NCBI RefSeq assembly: GCF_006345805.1
Contig: NC_043009.1
Location: 23,002,001-23,066,000 of the forward strand
Length of the DNA stretch: 64,000 nt
Source: Octopus sinensis
Taxonomy: Eukaryota
Reading direction: 5' to 3'
Shown here: in pieces, positions 37,150-49,089 of the stretch
How the letters are laid out: each line of letters starts with the position of its first letter
How positions within the stretch are numbered: the stretch's first letter is position 1
Notes under the pieces: generated by a model
The model's database searches: none
What the model was told of the DNA's origin: nothing
The model's input: the letters and a program-made list of their open reading frames with translations, nothing else
Translations under genes and position numbers: made by a program

Positions 37150-37380
37150 ATATGTGACCACGTGTGTACCGTTGGCGATTTTTCCCCCCGTCTTCCCTTC
37201 TCTGGATCTTTCCTTTTCCCGTGTTTCTGACGAAGAGCTCCGCTCGAAACGTAAAACCTTCCTTCTTCCCTTCCTTCCTGAGCGTCCAATACTACTATAT
37301 TTGTTTCACGTCCTCGCGTTGTTGTGTTTTCTCTTTGTGTTTTCATGTTTGGCCAGGTGGTAACAAATACAGACACAAAG
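37150..37380 (+). mobile_element. Penelope-type terminal-repeat element carrying a hammerhead motif
   Basis: Homologous to 29963-30046 (truncated at CTGATG) and related to 45640-45870(-). Confidence 0.6.
37223..37257 (+). ncRNA. Minimal type I hammerhead ribozyme motif
   Basis: GTTT CTGACGA A GAGC TCC GCTC GAAAC GTA AAAC: core motifs, stems I and II, palindromic ACGT stem III. Confidence 0.7.
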
Positions 37381-38863
37381 ATTGATATAGATATATACCT
37401 GGCCACCGTTTTATGTCCCCTGTAACTTACCAGTTCGGCAAAAGAGAACTATAGAATAAGTACCAGTCTTAAAAAAAGGCGAGTACTGGGATCAATTTGT
37501 TTGACTAAAATTCTTCAAGGTGGTGCCCCAGCATGACCGCAGTCTAGTGATCGAAACGAAAGATAATAGATGCTGAGCCTGATACTCTGCTTGTTTCTTG
37601 TCCAGAAGGTTTATCATAATTAAGGTAAATTCCTAAGTGATACAAACATCAATTGCTTGAGTCTTCAGTATGAAATGTTTATTAACAACGTATTTTTACA
37701 GGAAGAAAAGAAAGAAAAAAAGCTATAAAAGATCAAATTATAGAGACCCACCACACCCCATAACTACCTCACCAAGGGAATAAAGAAGAAAAATGAGGGG
37801 TGGGCGGAATTAAGTAGCAGAAAATACATTTCTTTATTGCCCACAAGGGGCTAAACATAGAGAGGACAAACAAGGACAAACAAAGTGATTAAGTCGATTA
37901 CATCGACCCAAGTGCGAAACTGCTACTTTATTTATCGACCCCGAAAGGATGAAAGGCAAAGTCGACCTCGGTGGAATTTGAACTCAGAATGTAACGGCAG
38001 ACGAAATACCGCTAAGCATTTCGCCTCGCGCGCTAACGTTTCTACCAGCTCGCCGCAGAAGTGGGGAAGTAGCGGGTCGTATACCCCTAAACAAACGACT
38101 TGTTTAGCTGAACCTCGCGGACATGATTGCATAGGTGTTGCCGCGGAGAATGGCTAGCGACACCCATTGCAGCAGCCACCCTACCTTGCGGGGATCATTT
38201 ATCAGATGGGTTGCAGTTATTTTGATTTTGCGGGGTAAATCGGTAAGACTGAAATACAGCTATTTCGGTTAGTGTATGAAGTAAGGGAGATAACCAAAAT
38301 TCTTCGGTTATCTCCCTTACAGGGACGGTAGAAAAATAAAACTTGAAGATATCACAAACTGTTTTCCTGATAGTGACTAAAGCTATGACAATTGTTGGTG
38401 TCACAGATGTTTCTCTCCTTAGCCTGTATAGTACACTTCATCGGAAGAGAACAACGAAGAGTGCATTAGGTTTCGCTTCAATTACAATTCAAGGGAGATA
38501 ATCGTGTGGAACGAAGGGATGCAACTTTAATTCAGACAAGCCTCAAAAGGCTTAATCTGCGTGTCTGTCACTCGACTTGCTAAACATGACCGCTAAATAT
38601 TCCTCAAATTTTAGTTTAAAAAAAAAAATAAGCAATAAAACAATCAAAACACGCGTCTTGCCTAAAAATAAAATAAAAATGAAAAGACTGTATCCGAACA
38701 GGTGGCGCGTTTTTTGATTAAAAGTCGACATGCTCTTAGTTAAGCTATATTTAAACAAGTGACTGATTGTAATTTTATCGAATTCGAGGATCAGGGAAAC
38801 GAGGAAAGTAAACTGTTGTAAAATTTCTTCGAAACAAATTACCAATATCTCAGTGTGTGTATG

Positions 38864-38915
<52 letters not shown>

Positions 38916-38944
38916 ATAAAATTCTTTTAAATAGTAATAATAAT

Positions 38945-41475
38945 AATCTTTCTACAAAAGGCACAAGGTCTGAAATTCGTGGGGAGGGGTTAAGTCTATT
39001 CCATAGACCCCAGTGCTTCACTGGTACTTAATTTATCGACCCCGAAAGGATGAAAGGCAAAGTCGACCTCAACAGAATTTGCACTCAGAACGTAGCGATA
39101 GGGGCGAAATACCGCTTAGCGTTCCGCCTGGCGTGCCAGCGATTCTGACAGCTCGCCTTGTTGATGATGATCCTTTCTACTATAAACACAAGGTCTGAAA
39201 TTTTGGAGGAGAGGATTAGTCAATTAGATCGACCCCGAAAGGACGAAAGGTAAAGTCGACCTCAGCGGTATTTGAAATCAGAACAAAGACGGATGAAATG
39301 CCGCTATGTACACCCACCCCCCACCAGTGTTTTCTCTCCGAAGGGTTGGGGCTTTAACTGTGTTATACAAGTTTGTTGTACAGTGTCATTAATAAGTGTT
39401 TATCCTAGTAGTTTTAAATATGTAGACGATTATTTCAATAATAATAATAATCCTTTCTACTATAGGCACAAGGCCTAAAATTCTGTGGGAGGGGCCAGTC
39501 GATTAGATCGACCCCAGTACACAACTGGTACTTAATTTATCGACCCCGAAAGTATGAAAGGCAAAGTCGACCTCAGCGGAATTTGAACTTAGAATGTAGC
39601 GACGGGCGAAATACTGCAAAGCATTTTGCCCGGCATGTTAACGATTCTGCCAGCTCGCCACCCTATTTCAATAATAGCAATAATGATAGAACCCCCCCCC
39701 CCTCTAAACGAAATTTCGAGCCATTTTTGCTTTTATGCGGTCGAGTAGTGTATCCTTGGTTATGGCATAAGAACGATCAGAATTACAATTGGCTTCTCAT
39801 TTACTATTGCACTTGGCAATAAACGTGTCTCATATATACGCAGATACATACATGGATACATATGGGCATATGGGTATGTGTGCAGGTTAGCTCTAAAGCT
39901 GTGGTTCTCAGCGGGGGTCCATATGATCTTTGGGGGTTCATATGATCCTTAGGAGTCCATATGATCCTTGGGGTTTCATATGATCCTAGAGGCTCATATG
40001 ACCCTTGGGGGTCCATATGATCCTAGGGGGATTCATATGATCCTTGGTTGGGTCCATATGATCTTGGGAGGTCTGCATGATCCTTGGGAGTCCATATGAT
40101 CCTTGGGAGTCCGTATGACCCTTGGGGGTTCATATGATCTTGGGGGCCCATATAAGATTTTGTTGTTAAAATTTAAATTGGTTATATTTCCACAATACAC
40201 AAAATATTATAACAATTCTTGTTAATGCAATTCCTAATAACATTTAATTATAAAAACATAATGGGATTTTTACAAAACAGTGAACGGCTCTGAGGGTCCC
40301 GAAGAGTAAAATAGGAACCAAAGGGGTCCATAGATAAAAAATGGTTGAAAAACGTTGTACTAAATTTTAACTCTAAGACGAAGGTTTTCGAAATAAATTA
40401 ACCGTAGGATTATTATTTTTTTTTACAAATTTTTTCGTCTTCTGATTCCAATTTCTTCGTAATAGATTATAAATCAAATATGAAAATAAGAAAAAAAAAT
40501 CCTGTCTGTATTTAAAAGTATTTCATAGAACGTTAATTTGGATAGGGAATCAATAATTATATTAGTTTCAAATGTCGCACAAGGCCAGCAATTTCGGGGG
40601 AGGATGTAAGTCAATTACGACGCCCCTCTTAACTCGACTTGTACCTATTTTCAGAGATCCCGAAAAGATGAAAAGTGAAGTCGACCTCGGCGGAATTTGA
40701 ACTCAGAACGTAAAGACGGATGAAATGCTGCTAAATATTTTGCCCAGTACGTTAACGATTCTGCCTGCTCACTGCGTTAATATATAAAAAAAATAGATAA
40801 TCACGATAATAATCGTTTCACATTTTTGACACAAGGCCAGTAATTTTGGTGGGGAGGGTAAGTCGTTTACATCACCCCAGTGCTCGACCGGTAATTAATT
40901 TATCCACCCCGAAAGGATGAAAGGTAAAATCAACCTCAGCGGAATTTGAACTCAGAACGTAAAGGCGGACGAAATATCGCTAAACCTTTCGCCCAGCGTG
41001 TAAACGTTTCTTATTTCTTTACTGCCCACAAGGGGCTAAACATAGAAGGGACAAACAAAGACATACAAAGGGATTAAGTCGATTACATCGACTCCGGTGC
41101 ATAACTGGTACTTAATTTATCGACCCCGAAAGGATGAAAGACAAAGTCGACCTCGGCGGAATTTGAATTCAGAACATAATGGCAGACGAAATACGGCTAT
41201 GCATTTCGCCCGGCGTGCTAACGATTCTGCCAGCTTACGGCCCTTAATAATAATGATAATGATCCTTTCTAGTATAGGCACAAGGCCTGAAATTGGGGCA
41301 GGGAGATAGTCGATTACATAAACCCCAGTACTCGACTGGTACTGTTTTCATCGACCCCCGAAAAGATAAAAAAGCAAAGTCGACCTCGGCGGAATTTGAA
41401 CTCAGAAGGTATAGACGGATGAAATGCTGCGAAGCATTTCGCCCGATATGCTAACGATTCTGCCAGCTCACTGCC
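38945..41475 (-). mobile_element. Cluster of about 7 SINE family B copies (head GGCGAGCTGGCAGAA, GAGTTCAAATTCCGCCGAGGTCGAC B-box region)
   Basis: Repeated GACCCCGAAAGGATGAAAGGCAAAGTCGACCTC core. Other copies at about 7482, 8345, 10250, 15645, 20865, 29727, 30050, 37826, 42855, 48935, 53022 and 54915. Confidence 0.88.
39900..40352. mobile_element. hAT(Charlie)-like MITE containing a ~19-20 bp minisatellite
   Basis: CTGTGGTTCTCAGC...GGTTGAAAAACGTTG ends; about 12 GGGGTCCATATGATCCTT-like units at 39912-40155. Confidence 0.55.
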
Positions 41476-41949
41476 TTCAACGATAACGATAGTAATGATT
41501 GTCCGCCACCACTGCTTGACAACCAGTGCTGGAGTGTTTATGTCCTCGTAACTTAGCGGTTCGGCAAAAGTGATTGATAGAATAAGTATTAGCCTTAACA
41601 AAAATAGTGCTAGTGTCGGTATATACGACTAAAAAATTTTCAAGGTGGTGCCCCAGCATGGCCACAGTTTAATGTCTGAAGCATGTAAAAGATAAAGGAT
41701 AAAGATATATCTATATATGAGTGGGGCAGAAAAGTTCCTGGTTTCGCGAAAGACATGATTAGAGGTCCAATCTTCCGAGCTCTTTCAGAGGGCTTAGAAA
41801 AACTGAAAGACCGCTGCAATAAGTGTGCGAATCTGAGAGGGGAGGAAATATGTTGAATGAAATCACAGTCAATTGATCCCCCAAAAGAAAATATATAGTT
41901 TAAGACTTAGATTACAATTATGTAAAAAAAAAAAAAGATAAAATATATA

Positions 41950-42112
41950 AGGCGTAGGAGTGGCTGTGTGGTAAGTAGTTTGCTCACGAACCACATGGTT
42001 CCGGCTTCAGTCCCACTGCGTGGCATCTGGGGCAAGTGTCTTCTACTATAGCCTCAGGCCAACCAAAGCCGTGTGAGTGGATTTGGTAGATGGAAACTGA
42101 AAGAAGCCCGTC

Positions 42113-42157
<45 letters not shown>

Positions 42158-42400
42158 TGTTGTATGTATGTATGTATGTGTGTGTGTATATGTTTGTGTG
42201 TCGGTGTTTGTCCCCCAACATCAATTGACAACCAATGCTGGTGTGTTTACGTCCCCGTAACTTAGCGGTTCGGCAAAAGAAACCGATAGAATAAGTACTA
42301 GGCTTACAAAGAATAAGTCCTGGGGTCGATTTGCTCGATTAAAGGTGGTGCTCCAGCATGGTCACAGTCAAATGACTGAAACAAGTAAAAGAGGAAAGAG
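41950..42400 (+). mobile_element. SINE family A full-length copy
   Basis: Same consensus as the 17213 and 21813 copies. Confidence 0.9.
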
Positions 42401-43194
42401 TTTTTATAGTCACACATACATAACAGAGTGATCTCCCTTGCAATACGAAAGCTACGCAAGCCATCTCAAGTTAAATAAGGCATACCTACACAAGTGTGCC
42501 CATACCGACCGTTTTTTTTTCCTCATAATTTCCAGAAAATTGGATATTTTAAAATGAAATTCACTACAAATACCTTTCAGATGGTGTAGATTACGACTAT
42601 ATCGGAAGTTTTTGTGTAGGTAAGCCGAAAATAACGGTATTAAGGAGCAATTACGGGAACATCATTACATATTTTTGGAATGTAAGCGATGGTGTTTATT
42701 TATGACCTAGACAGGACACGTTACCGGGTATATAACCTTCGGCGACATCCACATCTTGACATCGATGCGGTCTGTTCAAATTCAAATTCAAAATCTGTAA
42801 AATTTCAGAGGGCTGCGTCCTACTCAACAACATTGATAATGATTTTAAATTTTGACATGAGGCCAGAAATTTCGTGGGAGGGATACGTCGATTACAACTG
42901 GTACTTATTTTATTGAGTCTTAAAGGATGAAAGGCAAAGTCGACCGCGGCAGAATTTGAACTATTCATAGACTAAGGTGGTTTTGTTTCGAAATATATCC
43001 GGAAAGTATAATGAAGGATGCTTTTGATAGGACCCTATGGAGGAGGTACCTGGAATCACTACCCCAGACATGCCTCCCAGGAAAAGCAAGCCGTGAATAT
43101 GGATAGATGGATGGATCATAGTGATGGAACCAGCCAGCTTCAAAGTACAGGGACCATTATAATAACGGTGGAAATATATATATATATATATATA

Positions 43195-43707
43195 TCTATA
43201 TATAAACTGTAGTTGTGTGAGTGTCTGTCCCCTTCGATTTAGATTCCTAATCTACTCTCCCACATTTTGCGGTGCAGTTTAACCGAATTCGGGTATCTTA
43301 TAGTCGTGATTCATATCGAGCCCGTCTGAGTATTAGCGCGCGTCTACGATGAGTCTACGATTTTAAAAATAATTTAACATCATTTTTTATTCATTTTAAT
43401 GCATATTTTTCGTGTGTCGATGGCGGCGGAGTTGGCGTCCATGGTCCAACCTGCACCTGTTTGCTTCTCCCCCCTTCTTCCCTCCCTCGTGAAGCTGTGT
43501 TGGAAGGGAGTGTAAGGAAATCAACGTGTCGTAAAGCGTTGTCAAGGAGACCAGCATTCTTTTAGAACAACGACTTCATGGCTTGAAGACACCAAAACCG
43601 AAATCGCTAAAGAAGCCCGAATTGGCATTTATAAGGGAAGTAACTCTCTAAAAATGCTTATATAGTTATTTCCCTTACAAACCCGAGCACGCCGGGCGAT
43701 ACTGCTA

Positions 43708-43708
<1 letters not shown>
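43195..43708 (+). mobile_element. Non-autonomous Helitron
   Basis: A|TC start, CCCG-agcacgc-CGGG hairpin, CTAG|T end. Confidence 0.85.
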
Positions 43709-43804
<96 letters not shown>

Positions 43805-44044
43805 CTTTGGCTGTGTGGTAAGTCGCTTGCTAATGAACCACATGGTTCCGGGTTCAGTCCCACTGCGTGGCACCTACATGGAAAGTGTCTTCCACTGTAG
43901 CCTCGGGCCAACCAAAGCCTTGTGAGTGGATTTGGTAGACGGAAACGGAAAGAAGCCCGTCGTATATATGTTATATATAATATATATATATATATATAAA
44001 TTATATAAATATATATATATATAATATATATATGTATATGTATG

Positions 44045-44097
<53 letters not shown>

Positions 44098-44271
44098 GTA
44101 CATGTTTGTGTGTTATGTTGTTCCCCCCCAACATCGCTTGACACCCGATGCTGGTGTGTTTACGTCCCCGTAACTTAGCGGTTCGGCAAAAGAGACGATA
44201 GAATAAGAACTAGGCTTACAAAGAATAAGTCCTGGGGTCTATTTGCTCGAGTAAGAGAGTTGTGTGTGGTG

Positions 44272-44314
<43 letters not shown>

Positions 44315-44324
44315 ATAAACATAT

Positions 44325-44361
<37 letters not shown>

Positions 44362-44894
44362 GGAGAGAGAGAGAGAATAGAAGAGAGAGAGAGAGAGAGA
44401 GATAGATGAGAGAAAGAACGCGCCTGAAGGCTAGAGGCTGGATTGTGTTTGTGAGCGACTATATGTCAATCTTTTGGGGATAGCAGTCGAGCATGTTCCT
44501 CTGTGTGTGCTTTTCTGAAAGCGTCTGTGAGGGAAAGACTGAAATGGGGCAGGGGGTATTCGGGAGAGGGCGCGGTTCTAGGAGCTGAGGCACGTTAGAA
44601 GAGACGAGACGAAGGGAGGGACTGGTTTTTCGGGTGGTGGAAAGAGGGCTCTTGGTAGAATTGCTATCCAATAGGTTCAGGCTCATGTCTACAACGAGAA
44701 ATTGGTTATGTTGAAAACCAAGTTGATGACCATCAAACAAAAATAATAAGGATCTCCGTCAATTTCGATGATAAATGTTTAGTTTTACCTTAGTCACACA
44801 TCTAGGTCAATAGACACAAGCAAATTCACACATACATCAAATCATTCAAACAAACACACGAACATACACATAGATACAATCAAGTAAGTACGCT

Positions 44895-44943
<49 letters not shown>

Positions 44944-45642
44944 TCTATCTATCTATCTATCTATCTATCTATATACATACATAAACATTAAATTACTTAA
45001 AAGGAATACACGCACTCAATAAATGTTTCAAACGAACATACATACAGGAAAAAACTCACATCCCACAGGAATAACAACCAGTGAAAGCAGACGGTGTTCA
45101 ACGCACCAGCATATTAACACAACAGTCACCGTCATACTTTTCTTCAAAATCCATATAGTAAGGGGAAGTAATAGCTCTTATCATATATTACCTGATGAGT
45201 AAAGTTATAGCGAAACTAAATAGTTCTAATGCTATGTAGCATTGAAGTTCCTTTTACTTAATGCTACACACACACATACACACGCACACGCACACAAACG
45301 TATACACACACACAGCTGTGTGTATGAAGGCGCGTGGCCTAGTGTTTCGATTTCCGGATCGGATGGCGTATTGTGTTATTGAGCAAAACACTTGATTTCG
45401 CGTTGCACTAGTGGGTATGAAAGCGCTAGAATTGTTGACAAGTCGGCAGAAATGCTTTACGGTGTATCTTCCGCCTCTCTACATTCTGAGTTCAAATCTC
45501 ATCATCCCTGGAGAAGGCATCGGGGAACCACTCCAGTCTTAATGCCAAGTCTAGACTTGGATGGCCGTAGTTCCAGTAATCTACATAACGGTGGTAGGCA
45601 AGTGGGAGAAGGTTAACATGCATAAAATCTATCAAGCAGCCC

Positions 45643-45676
<34 letters not shown>

Positions 45677-45766
45677 GGGAGAGTTTACGAAAAAAACAAA
45701 AAACGAAGACAGGTGGTGTACAAAACAAACAGATGTATTAGTATAACGCTCAGGAATAGAAAAAGT

Positions 45767-45802
45767 CTTTTACGTTTCGAGCCTATGCTCTTCTACAGAA
45801 AG
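45767..45802 (-). ncRNA. Minimal hammerhead ribozyme motif (variant core)
   Basis: CTTT CTGTAGA A GAGC ATAG GCTC GAAAC GTA AAAG; the core has T in place of the conserved A6. Confidence 0.5.
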
Positions 45803-46394
45803 GGACACAGAAAAAACAAGGAGAGAAAAAAATGTGTGTAGTGGCTAATGATCTATCATATATATAATACAAAATGGGACAGGAACGCAAAACATCCGGA
45901 GAGTTAGGTGATACAAAAATGTGACAATAAAACATCCAGATAGACGATACAAAGAAAAAAAGGACGGGTCATTCGGAGTTTTCTATCCCTCAGTCGAGAC
46001 CAGATTATCTTCGCAATCGGCTGATTATACTCGAGATTGCTTCAATCTGGCAGCCCCCCCAAGGAAACATAAGCTAAGAGCATTAGATTCCTGGGAAGAA
46101 GAAAAGCAGCGAATGTATACGAAAACAAGGACGAAAAAAAAAACGGAGAATGTTACACAAATACAATAAGAATAATAATAACAGGACATAACAACAGGTG
46201 TCTTTCGACTAAGGACGAATTAAATTAAGCTGGCATGTGTGGAAATAAAGCCTTTATATATATAATATATTATATATATATATATATATAATATATATTA
46301 TATATATATATATATATAATGCACTGATCCGTGATAGAAAATTCAACAAAAAAGTATTCCATTCTATGGTGAGAGATAAAATATCTATTTAAAG

Positions 46395-46567
46395 GTCACA
46401 CACATGTATTAAAGTATTAAAGCGTTACTAATAGTTTCATATGCTGAGAAAACTCAAACATATTTCAGGCGCAAACCACATATCATAACGGTGGTTTGCG
46501 CCTGAAGATGTTTGAGTATTCTCAACATATGAAACTATTTGTAACGCTTTAATACATGTATTGTGAC
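46395..46567. repeat. 173-bp imperfect palindrome
   Basis: Arms 46395-46479 and 46491-46567 are reverse complements around an 11-nt loop. Confidence 0.95.
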
Positions 46568-47214
46568 ATTTAAATAAATAAATAAATAATATATATATGA
46601 TTTCTAACCTTAACTAAAGCTACAAATTTGAGGGGAGGAATATAATCACGTTGATTCGCTCCGGTTCTTTGAGTGGTACTCAGAAATAATGAAATGCAAA
46701 ATCGGCCTCCAACGATTCGAACTCATAAAGGTGCATGCAACAGCAATCAGTACCGACATTGTTACCGCCATCACTACAACCGCTCGCAACATTACCAACA
46801 CCAGCACTACCAGCACCACCAGCACCACCACCACCACCACAGCCGCTGCCCCCCCCCCATCGTTACCATCATCATCAACATCAACACTTTCATCGTTCCT
46901 ATTCTCCCCCGCAATCACCATCAATCCCGCCGCCGCCGCCGCCACACAAAACGCTTGCTCACCAACTTCATTAACACCATCGCCGACATCACCAAATACT
47001 ATTATTCGCCCTCTCTGTTACAGCTGTCGTTAATTTAATTACAGTTAGAACAATTAATCACCAATTAAGGCTGGAGGGTGAACTGGTTGGTTGGCAGGAT
47101 GGTTGAATGGCTGGCTGGTTGGTTGGGCTGGCAGTTGAGCCGGCATCTTGCAACAGTGCAGAGGTGTTTTAGCCTTAAAAAGTGATATTGTATTTGTAAT
47201 TGTGGACTAATGAG

Positions 47215-47286
<72 letters not shown>

Positions 47287-47359
47287 TGGAAAAAGTTTGT
47301 GTTAACGAATCAAGCCGTGAGATATAGAGTGAGACAGATAGATAAAGAGATAGATAAAG

Positions 47360-47419
<60 letters not shown>

Positions 47420-47657
47420 GGATAGATAGAGATAGAGAGAGGGAGAGAGAGAGAAATAGAGAGATAGATGGATAGAGATAGATAGATAGATACATAGAGA
47501 TGAAGAAGAGTTGGTGAAAACGAATCAACCAGTAAGCGAGTTATACTGAGAAGAGAAAGAGAGGGAAGAGGGAGAGAGAAAGGATGAGAAAGTGTTAGTG
47601 GGAATGAGCCAACAAATAAACTAGAAAGAAATTTCAAGATAAAGGGATGGAGTGAAC

Positions 47658-47731
<74 letters not shown>
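47215..47731. repeat. (GA)n and (GATA)n microsatellite cluster
   Basis: Seen directly. Other arrays: (TA)n 43709-43800 and 50570-50640, (TCTA)n 44898-44970 and 56728-56795, (ATT)n 54255-54345 and 55678-55750, (CAC)n 54843-54900, (TATG)n 56412-56500, (CT)n 28565-28610. Confidence 0.97.
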
Positions 47732-47736
<5 letters not shown>

Positions 47737-49089
47737 GGAGTTATCGTCTGTTAGATTTTTAAGCTGTAAAACTGTACAACTGCTACTTTATGCTTCTGTA
47801 TTTTTTTCTCTGCATGTCTGCTTCAAAGATTCTTGCGAACTGCTCTAGAAGTGTTCTTACCACCATTAAACTGCTGTTATTGCTATTTAGCAGATCTGTG
47901 ATCAAGGGATTCCGACTATGGCAATTCCGTCTGTTTTAGAACAGTGTGTTCAAGGCCGTGGAAAATGTGTGTTCAAGGCACCTGGAAAATGGCTCTCTAT
48001 GTTGAAAGTCTGAATATGTTTTTAACAATTTTTATGGAAGATGAGCAGTTGTCTATGTGGCAAGTCTCATCTCTCTCTCTCTCTCTCTCGCCATGTCACC
48101 AATGTTATCTTAAAGAAAAACAAAGGTTGACACAGTTTGGCACTGGTGTTCCTGCAGACGAACTCAGAACGTCAAAAGTCGAAACAGTTGCTTGGAAGTA
48201 CTTTGTCTAATGCTCTAAAGATTCCTCCATACATATACACATACATACGTACATACGTGTGTGTGCGTGTGTGTGTGTGTGTTTGTAATTGCATCTCACA
48301 ACTTGGCGTCGGTTTGTTTTCATCCTCTGTAACTCAGAGGTTTTGGCAAAAAGAGACCGGCAAAATAAGTACCCAACCTGAAAATGGAAAAAAAAAAAAA
48401 AAAAAAAAAGCTCTTAGTTTGATTTAATCGACTAAATCTTTAAGGCAATGCCCCAGCATGACTTCGGTCTAATAACGGAAAGGAATAAAAGAATGTACTT
48501 ATACACCCACCCATCCATATATCACGCACGCGTGAGGAAAAAAAAGTTGTCATGCAAACTTGCCAGCACTTTTAACATAGGTCTGCATATTTTCAGCTCA
48601 ACCGACCACATAATGCACACATTGTGAGGTGCTGGAGTTATTTGTCTGACGGGTAATAGGAATTGCCATATCCTTCGAGGAAACGAACTGTTGACCCAGA
48701 CATGTAGAATTAATTTTAATAAAAGCATCAATTTAAGAAAAAATAATAAAGTAGTAAAAAATGAAAATTTAGCACGAAAAATTTGCAGGGTTCTAAATAA
48801 ATGTTAAAATGTAATAGATACAAAAAACCTACGTTATATTTGTTGTCATGATTGTGTGTTGGTGGTGTCGATGGTAACTCTCTCTATGAATGCAGACAGA
48901 TACATAAAAAAACGCCGAAGTGATGGGAAATATATTTCTTTATTGCCCACAAGGAACTAAACACAGAGGGGGACAAACAAGGACAGACAAAGGGGTTAAG
49001 TCGATTACATCGATCCCAGTGTGAAACTGGTACTTTATTTATCGACACCGAGAAGATGAAAGTAATGGGAAATAGAGTGAGTGAAAAAG

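Noticed and set aside
46646-47038. Overlapping His/Thr/Val/Pro-rich ORFs
   Set aside because: CAC/CAT triplet low-complexity sequence open in many frames; no splice or domain evidence.
48145-48192. Hammerhead-like CTGCAGA...GTCGAAACAGTT (also CTGATGA at ~52962)
   Set aside because: Stems I and II do not pair convincingly and the cores are incomplete.
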